Positions 19,423 to 29,137 of a DNA stretch of 64,000 bases are shown here, in pieces (position 1 is the stretch's first letter; every line of letters starts with the position of its first letter). This DNA comes from Candidatus Berkelbacteria bacterium (GTDB lineage: Bacteria > Patescibacteriota > UBA1384 > DTJR01), in contig JAPLVK010000022.1 in NCBI GenBank assembly GCA_026397175.1, positions 5,689-69,688 on the forward strand. The letters run 5' to 3'. The position numbers and the translations under genes are program-made. The notes beneath the pieces are model-generated. The model was not told the DNA's origin and did no database searches. It saw nothing but the letters and a program-made list of their open reading frames with translations.

Positions 19423-20484
19423 CTATTTTATGGTACTTGAAATCTGGTACAACGGTACGATAATGGCAAAGACAATTGTCCCGACACCTCCTCCCACTAA
19501 AATTAATAAAATTGGTTCAAGCAAAGAAGTAATCATAGTAACATTGCGTGACGACTCTTCTTCGAAAAAATCAGAGAGTGAAGCCATAACTTCGTCTAGC
19601 TTACCGGTCTGCTCCCCTACTGCAATCATTTGCGAGACAATCGGCGGAAACTCCGTGGCCGCGGCCAAAGGCGCCGACATCGGCACACCGCGCTCGAGCT
19701 GATGGGAAACATTTTTTAAGATATTTTCGTAAACAATATTATCTAAAACCTCGCCCGAAAGCTGCACCGCCTGAATAATCGGCACGCCGGATTTGACCAA
19801 CATTCCAAATGTCTTGGTAAATCGCGCCATAAAAACATTGACATAAAACTCTTTGACGATCGGAGTGTGAATTACAAATTTCGAAGCCACCATTTTGCCG
19901 CTGTCGGTTTTTAAATAATATCTGACCCAAGCAATAATCCCGACAACAATAATAATTAACAAATACCAATAATTGATGACGAAGCCCGCCGTTCCCATCA
20001 AAATCCGAGTCGCCAAAGGCAAAGTTGTTCCGGACTCGGTAAAAACACTTTCGATTTTTGGCACAACCACCACCAAAAGAATAACCGCGGCAATCGCCAT
20101 CGCAAAAACGATAAAAAGAGGATAGGCGATTGCGCCTTTGATCGAGGACTCAAGCTTATATTCATTTTCTTGGCGATCCGACAATTCCTTTAAAACCTCA
20201 TCAAATTTACCCGAAATTTCGGCCGAAGAAATCGAAGCGATAAAAACCGCATCAAAGACATTTGGATAGTTCGACAGCGCGGATGAAAATTTTTCTCCTT
20301 CTTCGAGCCGTTTAATAATATCTTTTATGATTGAGGCAAAAAACTTGTTATCGGTTTGACGCATTAGAAGATCAAGGGCGCGAACTATCGGCAAACCTGC
20401 GGAAATAGTGGCGGAAAGCGCTCTGGTAAAAAGCACTTTTTCTTTGCCACGAACTCGATTTAGAAATTTTAAGTTTATATCCAT
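19423..20484 (-). CDS. pilC: Type IV pilus platform protein PilC (GspF family)
   Basis: Two GspF repeats with three transmembrane segments; position between pilB/pilT and the pilin gene. Confidence 0.85.
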   Translation of the reverse strand: MDINLKFLNRVRGKEKVLFTRALSATISAGLPIVRALDLLMRQTDNKFFASIIKDIIKRLEEGEKFSSALSNYPNVFDAVFIASISSAEISGKFDEVLKELSDRQENEYKLESSIKGAIAYPLFIVFAMAIAAVILLVVVVPKIESVFTESGTTLPLATRILMGTAGFVINYWYLLIIIVVGIIAWVRYYLKTDSGKMVASKFVIHTPIVKEFYVNVFMARFTKTFGMLVKSGVPIIQAVQLSGEVLDNIVYENILKNVSHQLERGVPMSAPLAAATEFPPIVSQMIAVGEQTGKLDEVMASLSDFFEEESSRNVTMITSLLEPILLILVGGGVGTIVFAIIVPLYQISSTIK

Positions 20485-20487
20485 AAC

Positions 20488-21549
20488 TTAAAATACCATC
20501 TGCTTAAATTGTTTTGGGTCGTCCGACCACTTTAAGGCCTCTTCGAGCGTAATCTCCCCACGGGAGACAAAATCGGCCAAGACCTTATCGAGCGTAATCA
20601 TACCTTCGGACGCGCTGGTTTGGATGGTTGACTGGATCTGATGAATTTTGTCTTCGCGAATTAGATTTCTGACTGCGGAGTTGGCTACCAAAATTTCACA
20701 GGCCAAAACCCTCCCCTTACCCGAGGCCTTCGGAATAAGTCGTTGCGAAATAACACCCGAAATAACATTTGAGAGCTGTTGGCGAACTTGGTCTTGTTGG
20801 GATTTAGGAAAAACATCAATAATTCTTTTCGGGGTCTGCGCCGCCGAATTTGTGTGAAGTGTAGTAAAAATCAAATGCCCCGTTTCGGCAATGGTCAAAA
20901 CCGCCTCAAATGTTTCGAGATCGCGCATTTCCCCGACAAAAACAACATCGGGATCTTCGCGAAGCGCACTTCGAAGCGCGCGGGTAAAACTTAGTGTATC
21001 GGTTCCGAATTCTCGCTGCGAGATAATGCTCTTTGAGTTTTTAAAAATATATTCAGTCGGATCTTCGATTGTAACAATATGCTTCATTTTGCTCTGATTA
21101 ATGTATTCGATCAGAGCGGCAATCGTGGTTGACTTACCGTGACCGGTCGGGCCGGTAATAATAAGAAGGCCCTGCTCTCGGTTTGCGAATTCCTGCATAA
21201 TTGGCGGCAAGCCCAGATCTTCAAATGACAAAATATCAGCCGGAATAAACCGATATGATCCGGCAACGGCGCCGCTTTCAAAATAAACATTCGCTCTAAC
21301 TCTTGCGCTTTCGAAGTTGAAAGAGAAATCAACTTCTTTTTCTACCTTTAACCGTTCAATATATTCCGGACGCAAAGTTAGCGAAATTAAGTCCTCTGAC
21401 TCTTTAGCGCTTAAAACCCCTCCGTCATGTTTACTCAATTTTCCGTCAATTCTAAAAACCGGTGCTTCATTCGCTAAAATATGGACATCGCTGGCCTTGA
21501 GCTCAACGGCCTTTTGAAAAATCTCTTTGAGTCGCGAAATATTTTCCAT
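20488..21549 (-). CDS. pilT: Twitching-motility retraction ATPase PilT
   Basis: Walker A ITGPTGHGKSTT, Asp box and His box of PilT/GspE ATPases; 353 aa. Confidence 0.85.
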   Translation of the reverse strand: MENISRLKEIFQKAVELKASDVHILANEAPVFRIDGKLSKHDGGVLSAKESEDLISLTLRPEYIERLKVEKEVDFSFNFESARVRANVYFESGAVAGSYRFIPADILSFEDLGLPPIMQEFANREQGLLIITGPTGHGKSTTIAALIEYINQSKMKHIVTIEDPTEYIFKNSKSIISQREFGTDTLSFTRALRSALREDPDVVFVGEMRDLETFEAVLTIAETGHLIFTTLHTNSAAQTPKRIIDVFPKSQQDQVRQQLSNVISGVISQRLIPKASGKGRVLACEILVANSAVRNLIREDKIHQIQSTIQTSASEGMITLDKVLADFVSRGEITLEEALKWSDDPKQFKQMVF

Positions 21550-23813
21550 TACCCTCCTTCACTTATTCCCTTTGAAACACCGCTAACCCTTAAAACCTCG
21601 TCAACGGTTGTTAAGCCCTTAATCGCTTTGATAAATCCATCTTGTCTCATAGTTATCATACCTTCTTTTGTCGCTTGTGAGAAGATTTCGTCTGACGATT
21701 TCTTGGCTAAGACAAGATTTTCGATAGCTGAAGACATTGTCAAAACCTCATAGATGCCAATTCTTCCCGAAAAACCATCCTTACAATCAGGACACCCCTT
21801 GCCCTTAAAAAATTTCATCGGGATATTAAGATTTAATTTTTCCAGTTCCTTTTTGACCGCAAATTGAACCGATTGAGGAACACTAATTTCCACTCTGCAT
21901 TTTTGACAAATTCTTCTGACTAGCCGCTGCCCCATAATGGCGTTGATGGCGGAAGTTAAAAGAAACGGCTCGACTCCCAAGTTGTAAAGTCGAGGCAAAG
22001 CGCCCGAAGCGTCGTTGGTGTGTAAAGTTGATAAAACCAAGTGTCCGGTTAGGGCGGCGTGAGTAACCAGCTCCGCCGTTTCGCTGTCTCTGATTTCGCC
22101 GACCATTATGATGTTCGGGTCTTGGCGCAAAACGCTGCGCAGTCCTTCGGCAAAACTAAAGCCGATTTGGGGTTTGACCTGAACTTGATTGATACCGGGA
22201 AGTTCGTACTCGACCGGATCCTCAAGCGTTATGATATTTACTTCGGGGCGGTTAAGCCGGCTCAAAATTGAATATAAAGTGGTCGTCTTGCCGGATCCGG
22301 TCGGACCCGTTGATAAAATCACACCGTATGGTTTGGCGATGGCCTCAATCACCCTGTCGTAGCCCAACCCGTCAATGCCCAGATCTTCCAGCTTATCCAT
22401 ATTATGCGTCTTTGATAAAAGCCGCATGACGATTTTTTCACCAAATACGGTTGGCAGCGTCGAGACCCTGATATCAACCACTTCCTTGCCAACTGAAACA
22501 TCAAATCGTCCGTCTTGCGGGACTCTTTGTTCGTCGAGTTTTAGCTTGGAAAGGATTTTGACGCGGGCGACAATACTGGAAATCAAATTGGCCGGAAGCA
22601 ATGAAACATCACTTAGTTCCCCGTCAATTCGATATCTGACTCTGACTGTTTTTTCGAACGGCTCGATATGAACATCGCTGGCGCGATCCCTTGTTGCCAG
22701 CATTAAAATTGCCGCCACAAGCTTGGGGATTTGATCTGAATTTGCGTATTGTTTTATGTCGTCTGTGTCAACTTTGTCTCTACCTAAAAAAGCAATTAGA
22801 TCAGGATTTTCGAGTTCTTTTTGCTGCTTTGTAGCTTCGGCTTGTTTTTTTTCTTCTTGCTTAGAGTCCTCGGATTGCGCTTCCTCGGGTTTTTCTTCCT
22901 CGCCAGCTAATGGGCTTTCTTTCTTAACTTCTTCGATATCTTCTTTTTGTTCGGTCTTGGGTTCTTCTTCTTTTTGGGTCTTATCCTCTTTTGTAGATAA
23001 CTCTACTTCTTTTTTCTTGTTGTGCAGATCTTCGTATTTTTTTAAGACCTGATTTATTTGCTCGCCAGAGACCTGGAATAAATTGAGTTTAATATTCCCT
23101 TTGCTTTGAACAAAATCAATAATTTCGGCAAGTTTGGGATCATTTGGGTTTTCCGAGGCAATATCGAATGTGCCGTCTTTATTTTGCTTAAAAATTATTG
23201 CCCTAAATTTTTCGGCTAAATCGTACGGCATTTTCCGCAAAATATCTTCGGGGATTTCAATTTTACTTAAATCAATAATTTCAATTTTGTTTTCCGGTTT
23301 GTCCGTTGGTTTATCTTCCGGTTTTTTTTCTTCTTCTTTTTTGCTCGGATTTAAAAGCTCATTAGCCAAGTCGCGAGAGGCCATAAACAGCTCTATTTGC
23401 AAGGAAAGTTTTTCCTCTAATTTTTCTATCGCCTGCTTGTTCAAATTTTTAAATTTCTCGGGCTCTAAAATTGCTACTTGAAGAACCCTGTTTTTTAAAT
23501 CGAGTGAAAACGGAACAAAACCAAATCTTAAGGACAGGGCTTTGTCAATTAGTTTTTGGGCCTCCGGATCAACTTCTTCAATTATAATATAAGGAATAGA
23601 CAAAAATTTGGCATAAATTTCCGTCAGTTTAATATTGGAATACATCTTCGAAGAATCAAGCGCTTCAAAGACCTCTTCGGGCGACTTATATTTTTCTTTG
23701 AGATGGGAAATATCACCTTGCAAAATTACGCCACTTTTAAAAAGAAGGTCGGCGAACTCGGCCACTTTATCGTTTGAGCTAACTTTGAATTGAGTTGCGC
23801 TTTGATCTTCCAC
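21549..23813 (-). CDS. pilB: Type IV pilus assembly ATPase PilB/GspE with Lys/Glu-rich insertion
   Basis: LSTGPTGSGKTTTLYS Walker A and a C-terminal tetra-Cys CxxC...CxxC. About 70 aa of K/E low-complexity linker. Confidence 0.85.
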   Translation of the reverse strand: MEDQSATQFKVSSNDKVAEFADLLFKSGVILQGDISHLKEKYKSPEEVFEALDSSKMYSNIKLTEIYAKFLSIPYIIIEEVDPEAQKLIDKALSLRFGFVPFSLDLKNRVLQVAILEPEKFKNLNKQAIEKLEEKLSLQIELFMASRDLANELLNPSKKEEEKKPEDKPTDKPENKIEIIDLSKIEIPEDILRKMPYDLAEKFRAIIFKQNKDGTFDIASENPNDPKLAEIIDFVQSKGNIKLNLFQVSGEQINQVLKKYEDLHNKKKEVELSTKEDKTQKEEEPKTEQKEDIEEVKKESPLAGEEEKPEEAQSEDSKQEEKKQAEATKQQKELENPDLIAFLGRDKVDTDDIKQYANSDQIPKLVAAILMLATRDRASDVHIEPFEKTVRVRYRIDGELSDVSLLPANLISSIVARVKILSKLKLDEQRVPQDGRFDVSVGKEVVDIRVSTLPTVFGEKIVMRLLSKTHNMDKLEDLGIDGLGYDRVIEAIAKPYGVILSTGPTGSGKTTTLYSILSRLNRPEVNIITLEDPVEYELPGINQVQVKPQIGFSFAEGLRSVLRQDPNIIMVGEIRDSETAELVTHAALTGHLVLSTLHTNDASGALPRLYNLGVEPFLLTSAINAIMGQRLVRRICQKCRVEISVPQSVQFAVKKELEKLNLNIPMKFFKGKGCPDCKDGFSGRIGIYEVLTMSSAIENLVLAKKSSDEIFSQATKEGMITMRQDGFIKAIKGLTTVDEVLRVSGVSKGISEGG

Positions 23814-23825
23814 AGCTATTATCCG

Positions 23826-24074
23826 CTATTTGTATCCATCAAACGGATTGGTTCTTCCTATTTGATCTCCAGTAACAACCAAAGGCAAATTTCCAAAGTT
23901 CTCAAGACCGGTCGTTTGTTTGCTAACATCTTTGAGGTCTTCGGAAGAGAGTACTTTTTGCGCCGGAGGTGGGCTCGGTTTTGTCGGACTTCCTAAATAA
24001 AATATGATACCGAGCAAGACCCCAAAAACAATTACCAGTCCCGCCGCAAAAGAAATAATTTTGTTATTGTCCAT
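23826..24074 (-). CDS. Small single-pass membrane protein (possibly PilP-like)
   Basis: MDNNKIISFAAGLVIVFGVLLGIIFYLGSP... followed by a Pro-rich segment. Operon position between pilO and pilB. Confidence 0.35.
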   Translation of the reverse strand: MDNNKIISFAAGLVIVFGVLLGIIFYLGSPTKPSPPPAQKVLSSEDLKDVSKQTTGLENFGNLPLVVTGDQIGRTNPFDGYK

Positions 24075-24681
24075 TGGTTGTCTCCGTTTGAGTTGCTGAT
24101 TGATCGGTTGCGGTCTGGGCCGCTGCTGCAGCTTTCGCCTTGGATTCATCAATAATATACGGGAGAGTCAGATTAAAGGTTGCGCTCAAATCACCGCTAT
24201 TTTCTGAATTTGAAATTGCATAGTCCTTAATTACAATCGGTCTTAGCCCTTTTTCCAAATTGTCAAAAAGAGCGAGGGTGCTGTCGAAATTTCCGAGTGT
24301 CGAAAAAGTAAGACCCAACGAAGAGCCCTTGGTAGAATCACTTTGCGCTATGGCGATAGAGGAGAGTTTAAGGCCCGCTTTGCCCGAAGCAGCTGAAATC
24401 TGAACCAGCGCATCCTCCGGATCGGGTTGATTGGGAATAGCCACTCCCAAAAGATCAAGGTCGCGTTTTGCCGCACTCATGGTTTGAATCGCTTTTTTGG
24501 TGGCAGCAACTTTGTTTTGGCCGGCTTCAAGCTCTTGTTTTTTGGCCTCAACATTGCTGGCGACGGTCTTAAGCTCTTGGACTTTTGGCACAATTACAAA
24601 AATCACGAGCAAGACACCAACCATAAGCGCAAAAACGCTCGAAAGAAGAATAATTTGTGATGGTTTTTTTTGTTGTTCCAT
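24064..24681 (-). CDS. PilO-like pilus assembly protein
   Basis: Transmembrane helix, then coiled coil, then a periplasmic domain; 205 aa. Confidence 0.55.
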   Translation of the reverse strand: MEQQKKPSQIILLSSVFALMVGVLLVIFVIVPKVQELKTVASNVEAKKQELEAGQNKVAATKKAIQTMSAAKRDLDLLGVAIPNQPDPEDALVQISAASGKAGLKLSSIAIAQSDSTKGSSLGLTFSTLGNFDSTLALFDNLEKGLRPIVIKDYAISNSENSGDLSATFNLTLPYIIDESKAKAAAAAQTATDQSATQTETTNGQ

Positions 24682-25322
24682 TATATTTGCCCCGTTGAAG
24701 TTGTTACGCTAGCGGCAGGAGTTACGGAAGTTGTGGGACTCGCAGAGGCCTTGGGTAGGATGGTTTTGTACAAATCCATATTGAGAGTAACCTCGAGAGC
24801 GAACTCCACCTTTTGGGTCTCGGCATTGATATTGACCGAAATCAACTTTACATCCGTTACCGATTTGGTTTGCCTAATAGCCACAACTGATTTGCTGACA
24901 CCCTCGAAACTATCACTATTGCCGGAAATTGAAATTTTGCCGTTATTAAAACTAAATGATGTCCATTGGGAATTTTTATATTGATTATCACGCAAGTCCT
25001 TAATCGCTTGCGCGTATTTTACCTTTTTTGAAACAGCCAAAGTGAGCGCGTCAATCTGGGCCAAAACCTGATCTGATTGTTTGCTTTCTTTCTCCATGGT
25101 CTTAAGAGGAGCGGTAACATCCGATGCAATTTGCTGATCAAGTGAGGTTATTTTGGCTTTCTTGGAAGAAATATTTGCTAAAACAAAAACCGTTCCGGCG
25201 ACAACCGCAACCGCAAGTCCAATGATAAAAAATGCCGTCATCTCCTCGGATTTCTTTTGTGGCGAAGCAGTTATATCATCTTTAACACTATCGAGCAGAC
25301 GATTTTGTTCTTCCGAGCTCAC
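24681..25322 (-). CDS. PilN-like pilus assembly protein
   Basis: Short cytoplasmic N-terminus, transmembrane helix, coiled coil and a periplasmic domain. Confidence 0.55.
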   Translation of the reverse strand: MSSEEQNRLLDSVKDDITASPQKKSEEMTAFFIIGLAVAVVAGTVFVLANISSKKAKITSLDQQIASDVTAPLKTMEKESKQSDQVLAQIDALTLAVSKKVKYAQAIKDLRDNQYKNSQWTSFSFNNGKISISGNSDSFEGVSKSVVAIRQTKSVTDVKLISVNINAETQKVEFALEVTLNMDLYKTILPKASASPTTSVTPAASVTTSTGQI

Positions 25323-25386
25323 TTCCCTCCTTTTTTTGCTCTAATTTAATTATACTTTTTAAAAAATCAAATGCAACAACAGCGCG

Positions 25387-28278
25387 TCAAGGATTGCCGA
25401 TTAATGTTTGCATCAATTGCTCGAAGCCCGGTAGGCGGGTGTTTAGGATTTTAGAATCGGTGTAAATTCTGACGGCATAGCCCTGCGTCCCTTTTATCCG
25501 AGAGTTGAATTCAACCTTGTCCGAAATAATTGAGCCATTAATTTCAATCGCTTTGCCGCCTTCTTCAAAAATGATCGTACCTCCGTCTGACTCTGTAGCG
25601 CTAACTGTCGCATCGGCTGTATTGGTTATGCCTTCCCTCGTAACGGTTACCATCGGATGATAGGTTCCTTTTGCATTGTATTGACAAGGATTGGCGGTGG
25701 TTGCGCTTTTGTAGTTAACGGATATCGTTTCTTGAGGCGTTGGGGGTGTTTGGTCGTCGCGGCAATTAAATACATAAGTGGCCGGACCTACTGCCGTGCT
25801 CTGTGTCATATCAATAGTTGCCGTTAATTTAACATTTCCCAACGGAGCACCACCGCTGCTTGGATTGGCCTTAAGCGAAACAACTAGGGTCGGCGGCTGG
25901 CTTGGCTGACTGACAACAGTAACACCGGTTTTGGCCTGCGACGGCGGTGACTTTGTGCTGGTAATAATGACTTTAGCCGTATAAGATCCGACGCTAGGAT
26001 ATTTGCAAAGTTTATCCGCAATCTTGGTGGACTCCGAAAGTTTTTCGAAACTCGCATCAGGATTTCCGATATTAGTGGAATCATCAGCACGATTACAGTA
26101 GAAATAATAACTAAAAACCTGTCCGGGAACGCTCTGCGTGGCCTTTGCGGTTAAGGAAACATCGTTTAGCGGCACGACGCCGGAATCTGGATCGGCTGAT
26201 AATGATATCGAACTTACAATGACAGATTTTTCGGCCTGTGCAGTTTTTCCACTCTGGCTACTTGCAATCACCTTTATCTTTCCTGTATTTAAAAATGTAC
26301 AGACATTATTTGCTTGATCGGTCTTTGTAGATATATTTTCGTGTTTTACACTTTGCTTATCATTACAATAATAAGTGTATGTGTACGGCCCGGTTTCCGT
26401 GCTAGAAACCGTCGCCTTAGCCCAAGGCGTCACCGGCCCATAGGCAATGTCATATTGAGCGGCAAGGGCGACAGACAGGGATGCTACTTGTGTATAATTG
26501 ACTTTTAGCGACTTAAGCTCGGGAGAAAGATATTGCGAGCCGTTTAGATTAATTTTGAGATATAGATCGCTGCTTTCGGGAACCTGACTGATGTCTGTTG
26601 TCCCTTGGTTCGCGTCAGCGATCGGCTGATTGGAGTAGTTGATAGTGACCGACGAGTCGGTGTTATATTTGGATTTGGTGATTGTGCTACCCTGCGATGA
26701 CCAGAAAACACTTGCATCCCTATATATGTCATTTGAAATGTCGCTTGATACGGCATTATATCCTCCGGGGAAAGCGGTCGGATTATCGATCGAACTGCCA
26801 CTGCTGTCCCACTTTATTATGCAGTTGTATGATGGCATCGTATCTATCCCGACCCACCTTCCAAGTCGCATTGATGTCCATATATTTCCATTATTATCAA
26901 AATCGGCAATCGAATTATTCAGTCCATAAGCAGCGTCAGAATCTTCATTTATAGTGTAGCAATTACGCAAATTTGAATGATCGTACGATCTTGATTCAAC
27001 CAGCTGAATCGATCCCAACACAGGGTTTTCAGTATCATTTGCTGTGAGTTGAGTCCAAAGTATAGCGCCTTGAGAGCCTGATGCAATCAATCTGTTCTGG
27101 TCATCAACAAGATATGTTCCATCTAAAATATTATGTGGATCGCTTAATGTGAAAAATTTTCTTTCGTGTGTTTTGTAGCTTATCCTAACAACATTGTTCT
27201 GTTTGTAGCTACTTGATCCGATCCATATATTATTGTATTTGTCTCGGACGATATCTGACGCGATGATTCCACTTAGCTGGTAGTTATCGATCGGATCATA
27301 ATCGACGGTATCAAGATTATTAATTTTTATCCTTGCGACATTAGTGTGAGAATCGGGACTGATTACTCCATTCACGATCGTGACATTATATCTCAAAATA
27401 TATAAATTATCACAGTCCATGTCGTCAAAAACCATCTTAGAATGTCCGAGAAAGCTATTGTTTTCGGTAGGCAAAGCGATTATTTTAATAACATTTAATG
27501 ATCCGGAGCCGTCAAAACTATCGCCCTCTATTATATAAAGCAAGTCGCTTTCGGTTATCCACAACCTATTCAGTTTATCGACTACTATTCTTGAACCGGC
27601 ATCGGTTTGTAATCCGGAGGGAAGGGGTTTGGTAACTACGCTGTCTGTGTCCGGCACGACATGTGAGATAGTATTGTCAAATGTTGTATGGCGAGGGTCA
27701 AATGACGGCCCACCGCCCGATTGATTTTGCGCTGCTGTCTCCGGATCCATATTTAAAACCCAATAATCATTTTTGATACCCTTTGCCCCATTCCACGCGA
27801 GATCCCCCACTTGCCATTTATTTTGTTTTGATCCGTCAAGATTAAACTCGAACAAACCCGTGTCTATAACCCTATAATTATTGTAATTGACAGTATTGGC
27901 CACGGACTCTTGCCCAAGACCCCATATTTTATCCTGTTCACTATGATCGGGTTCGAGTTTGTCAACATCAGCCGAGGTCCATTTGACTGTTTTGCCGGCA
28001 GAATATTTATAGTTTAATGAACCGGTTGAATTGTAATCGACACCATTATCGGTTTTGGTAAGCATCGTAGAATCGCGTGGGTCGTTAAAATCAACATTTT
28101 GCTTTGTCCAATTGGCATTGTCATCTAATCCCGAAGAAGAAATGAGTGTTTTGCTTTCGATCAGCGAATCCGCATTCACACTTTTAGGATTTGCAGAAAC
28201 CGCAAAACTCGAAACAAGCAATGCTATTAAGGCAAATTGTATGAATACCGGTTTATTTGATCTCATCATTTGCATCAA
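25387..28278 (-). CDS. Large secreted adhesin-like protein (beta-propeller-like region plus PKD/Ig-like repeats)
   Basis: Signal peptide. Central repeats of the form ...NNIWIGS.../...NRLWITE... and C-terminal repeated modules with a conserved Y.F.C.../...Y..V pattern. Embedded in the pilus operon. Confidence 0.45.
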   Translation of the reverse strand: MMQMMRSNKPVFIQFALIALLVSSFAVSANPKSVNADSLIESKTLISSSGLDDNANWTKQNVDFNDPRDSTMLTKTDNGVDYNSTGSLNYKYSAGKTVKWTSADVDKLEPDHSEQDKIWGLGQESVANTVNYNNYRVIDTGLFEFNLDGSKQNKWQVGDLAWNGAKGIKNDYWVLNMDPETAAQNQSGGGPSFDPRHTTFDNTISHVVPDTDSVVTKPLPSGLQTDAGSRIVVDKLNRLWITESDLLYIIEGDSFDGSGSLNVIKIIALPTENNSFLGHSKMVFDDMDCDNLYILRYNVTIVNGVISPDSHTNVARIKINNLDTVDYDPIDNYQLSGIIASDIVRDKYNNIWIGSSSYKQNNVVRISYKTHERKFFTLSDPHNILDGTYLVDDQNRLIASGSQGAILWTQLTANDTENPVLGSIQLVESRSYDHSNLRNCYTINEDSDAAYGLNNSIADFDNNGNIWTSMRLGRWVGIDTMPSYNCIIKWDSSGSSIDNPTAFPGGYNAVSSDISNDIYRDASVFWSSQGSTITKSKYNTDSSVTINYSNQPIADANQGTTDISQVPESSDLYLKINLNGSQYLSPELKSLKVNYTQVASLSVALAAQYDIAYGPVTPWAKATVSSTETGPYTYTYYCNDKQSVKHENISTKTDQANNVCTFLNTGKIKVIASSQSGKTAQAEKSVIVSSISLSADPDSGVVPLNDVSLTAKATQSVPGQVFSYYFYCNRADDSTNIGNPDASFEKLSESTKIADKLCKYPSVGSYTAKVIITSTKSPPSQAKTGVTVVSQPSQPPTLVVSLKANPSSGGAPLGNVKLTATIDMTQSTAVGPATYVFNCRDDQTPPTPQETISVNYKSATTANPCQYNAKGTYHPMVTVTREGITNTADATVSATESDGGTIIFEEGGKAIEINGSIISDKVEFNSRIKGTQGYAVRIYTDSKILNTRLPGFEQLMQTLIGNP

Positions 28279-29030
28279 ATTTTTTCCTTCGATAAATCTA
28301 TTATCATTTCCCCGTTATACGGGATAAAAATATGCAACAAATTGCACCTGCTGACATCAACATCTAGCATCGCTTTTTTGTTGTCTTCGGATTTCATTGA
28401 TTGAGTAATTGTGCCGCATTTGTCTCCCTTATCATTCAAGAAATAGCCAAAATATTTGAGGTTCTGTACTTTGCGATTCGAACTCACGGTAATTTCGTAA
28501 TAAGGAATCTTGTTCATGTCGGTCAGAGCGGGGCTGACGGGCGAAGGACTAACGGTAGGCGCTGGTGTTGCACTTCCGGCAGGAACTTTTATTTGAGTTG
28601 ACTGCGGTGTCAAATCGATCGTCTTTTTCTCGATTTTATCGACTTTGAATTCGCCTTTTTCGAATTTCGCATTTTCTCCTACTGTTGCGTTCTTTGTAGC
28701 AGGAACCGGCAAGATGTTCGAAAATGTCTCGCAGAAGCGCGGATCTATTTCTGCAATATTATTGATCTTATATTTTCCGCCTTCTTTCTTTAGTTCAAAA
28801 ACAGCGATGTCTTCAACGGTTTTCTCGCCTTTTTCGTCAAACTGCGGAACCTGCATTTCAACTTTATAATTTAAAATGCCTTTGGATAATAAGTTATAAT
28901 CAATTGTTTTTGATTTTGTATTTGATTGTTTTGCAACTTTTTTATAGTTTTCCGTAAAGTATGAATCAAAGTCCGGCGAAATTGACGAAGAATCAATTTT
29001 TTCCCTGAGCTGCAAGACATTTTCAACCAA
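28275..29030 (-). CDS. Hypothetical protein, possibly the body of an interrupted secreted protein
   Basis: TTG-start ORF. It is in frame with an upstream 23-codon signal-peptide ORF (29067-29138) across a single TAA at the head of an A16 run. Confidence 0.4.
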   Translation of the reverse strand: MVENVLQLREKIDSSSISPDFDSYFTENYKKVAKQSNTKSKTIDYNLLSKGILNYKVEMQVPQFDEKGEKTVEDIAVFELKKEGGKYKINNIAEIDPRFCETFSNILPVPATKNATVGENAKFEKGEFKVDKIEKKTIDLTPQSTQIKVPAGSATPAPTVSPSPVSPALTDMNKIPYYEITVSSNRKVQNLKYFGYFLNDKGDKCGTITQSMKSEDNKKAMLDVDVSRCNLLHIFIPYNGEMIIDLSKEKI

Positions 29031-29052
29031 TAATTTTGTGCTTTTTAATTGA

Positions 29053-29068
29053 TTTTTTTTTTTTTTTT
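29053..29068. repeat. T16 (plus strand) / A16 homopolymer tract
   Basis: gatttttttttttttttttaa; 16 consecutive T. Confidence 0.8.
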
Positions 29069-29137
29069 AAAATTTTGCACCTGCAAAGATAATGGTTGCA
29101 GCAATTGCCAAAACAAAAATAAGTAATATCTTTTTCA

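Noticed and set aside
22375-23777. Ser/Phe-rich plus-strand ORFs (98-115 aa) inside pilB
   Set aside because: Antisense of the Lys/Glu-rich pilB insertion (AAG/GAA repeats read as Phe/Ser on the reverse strand).
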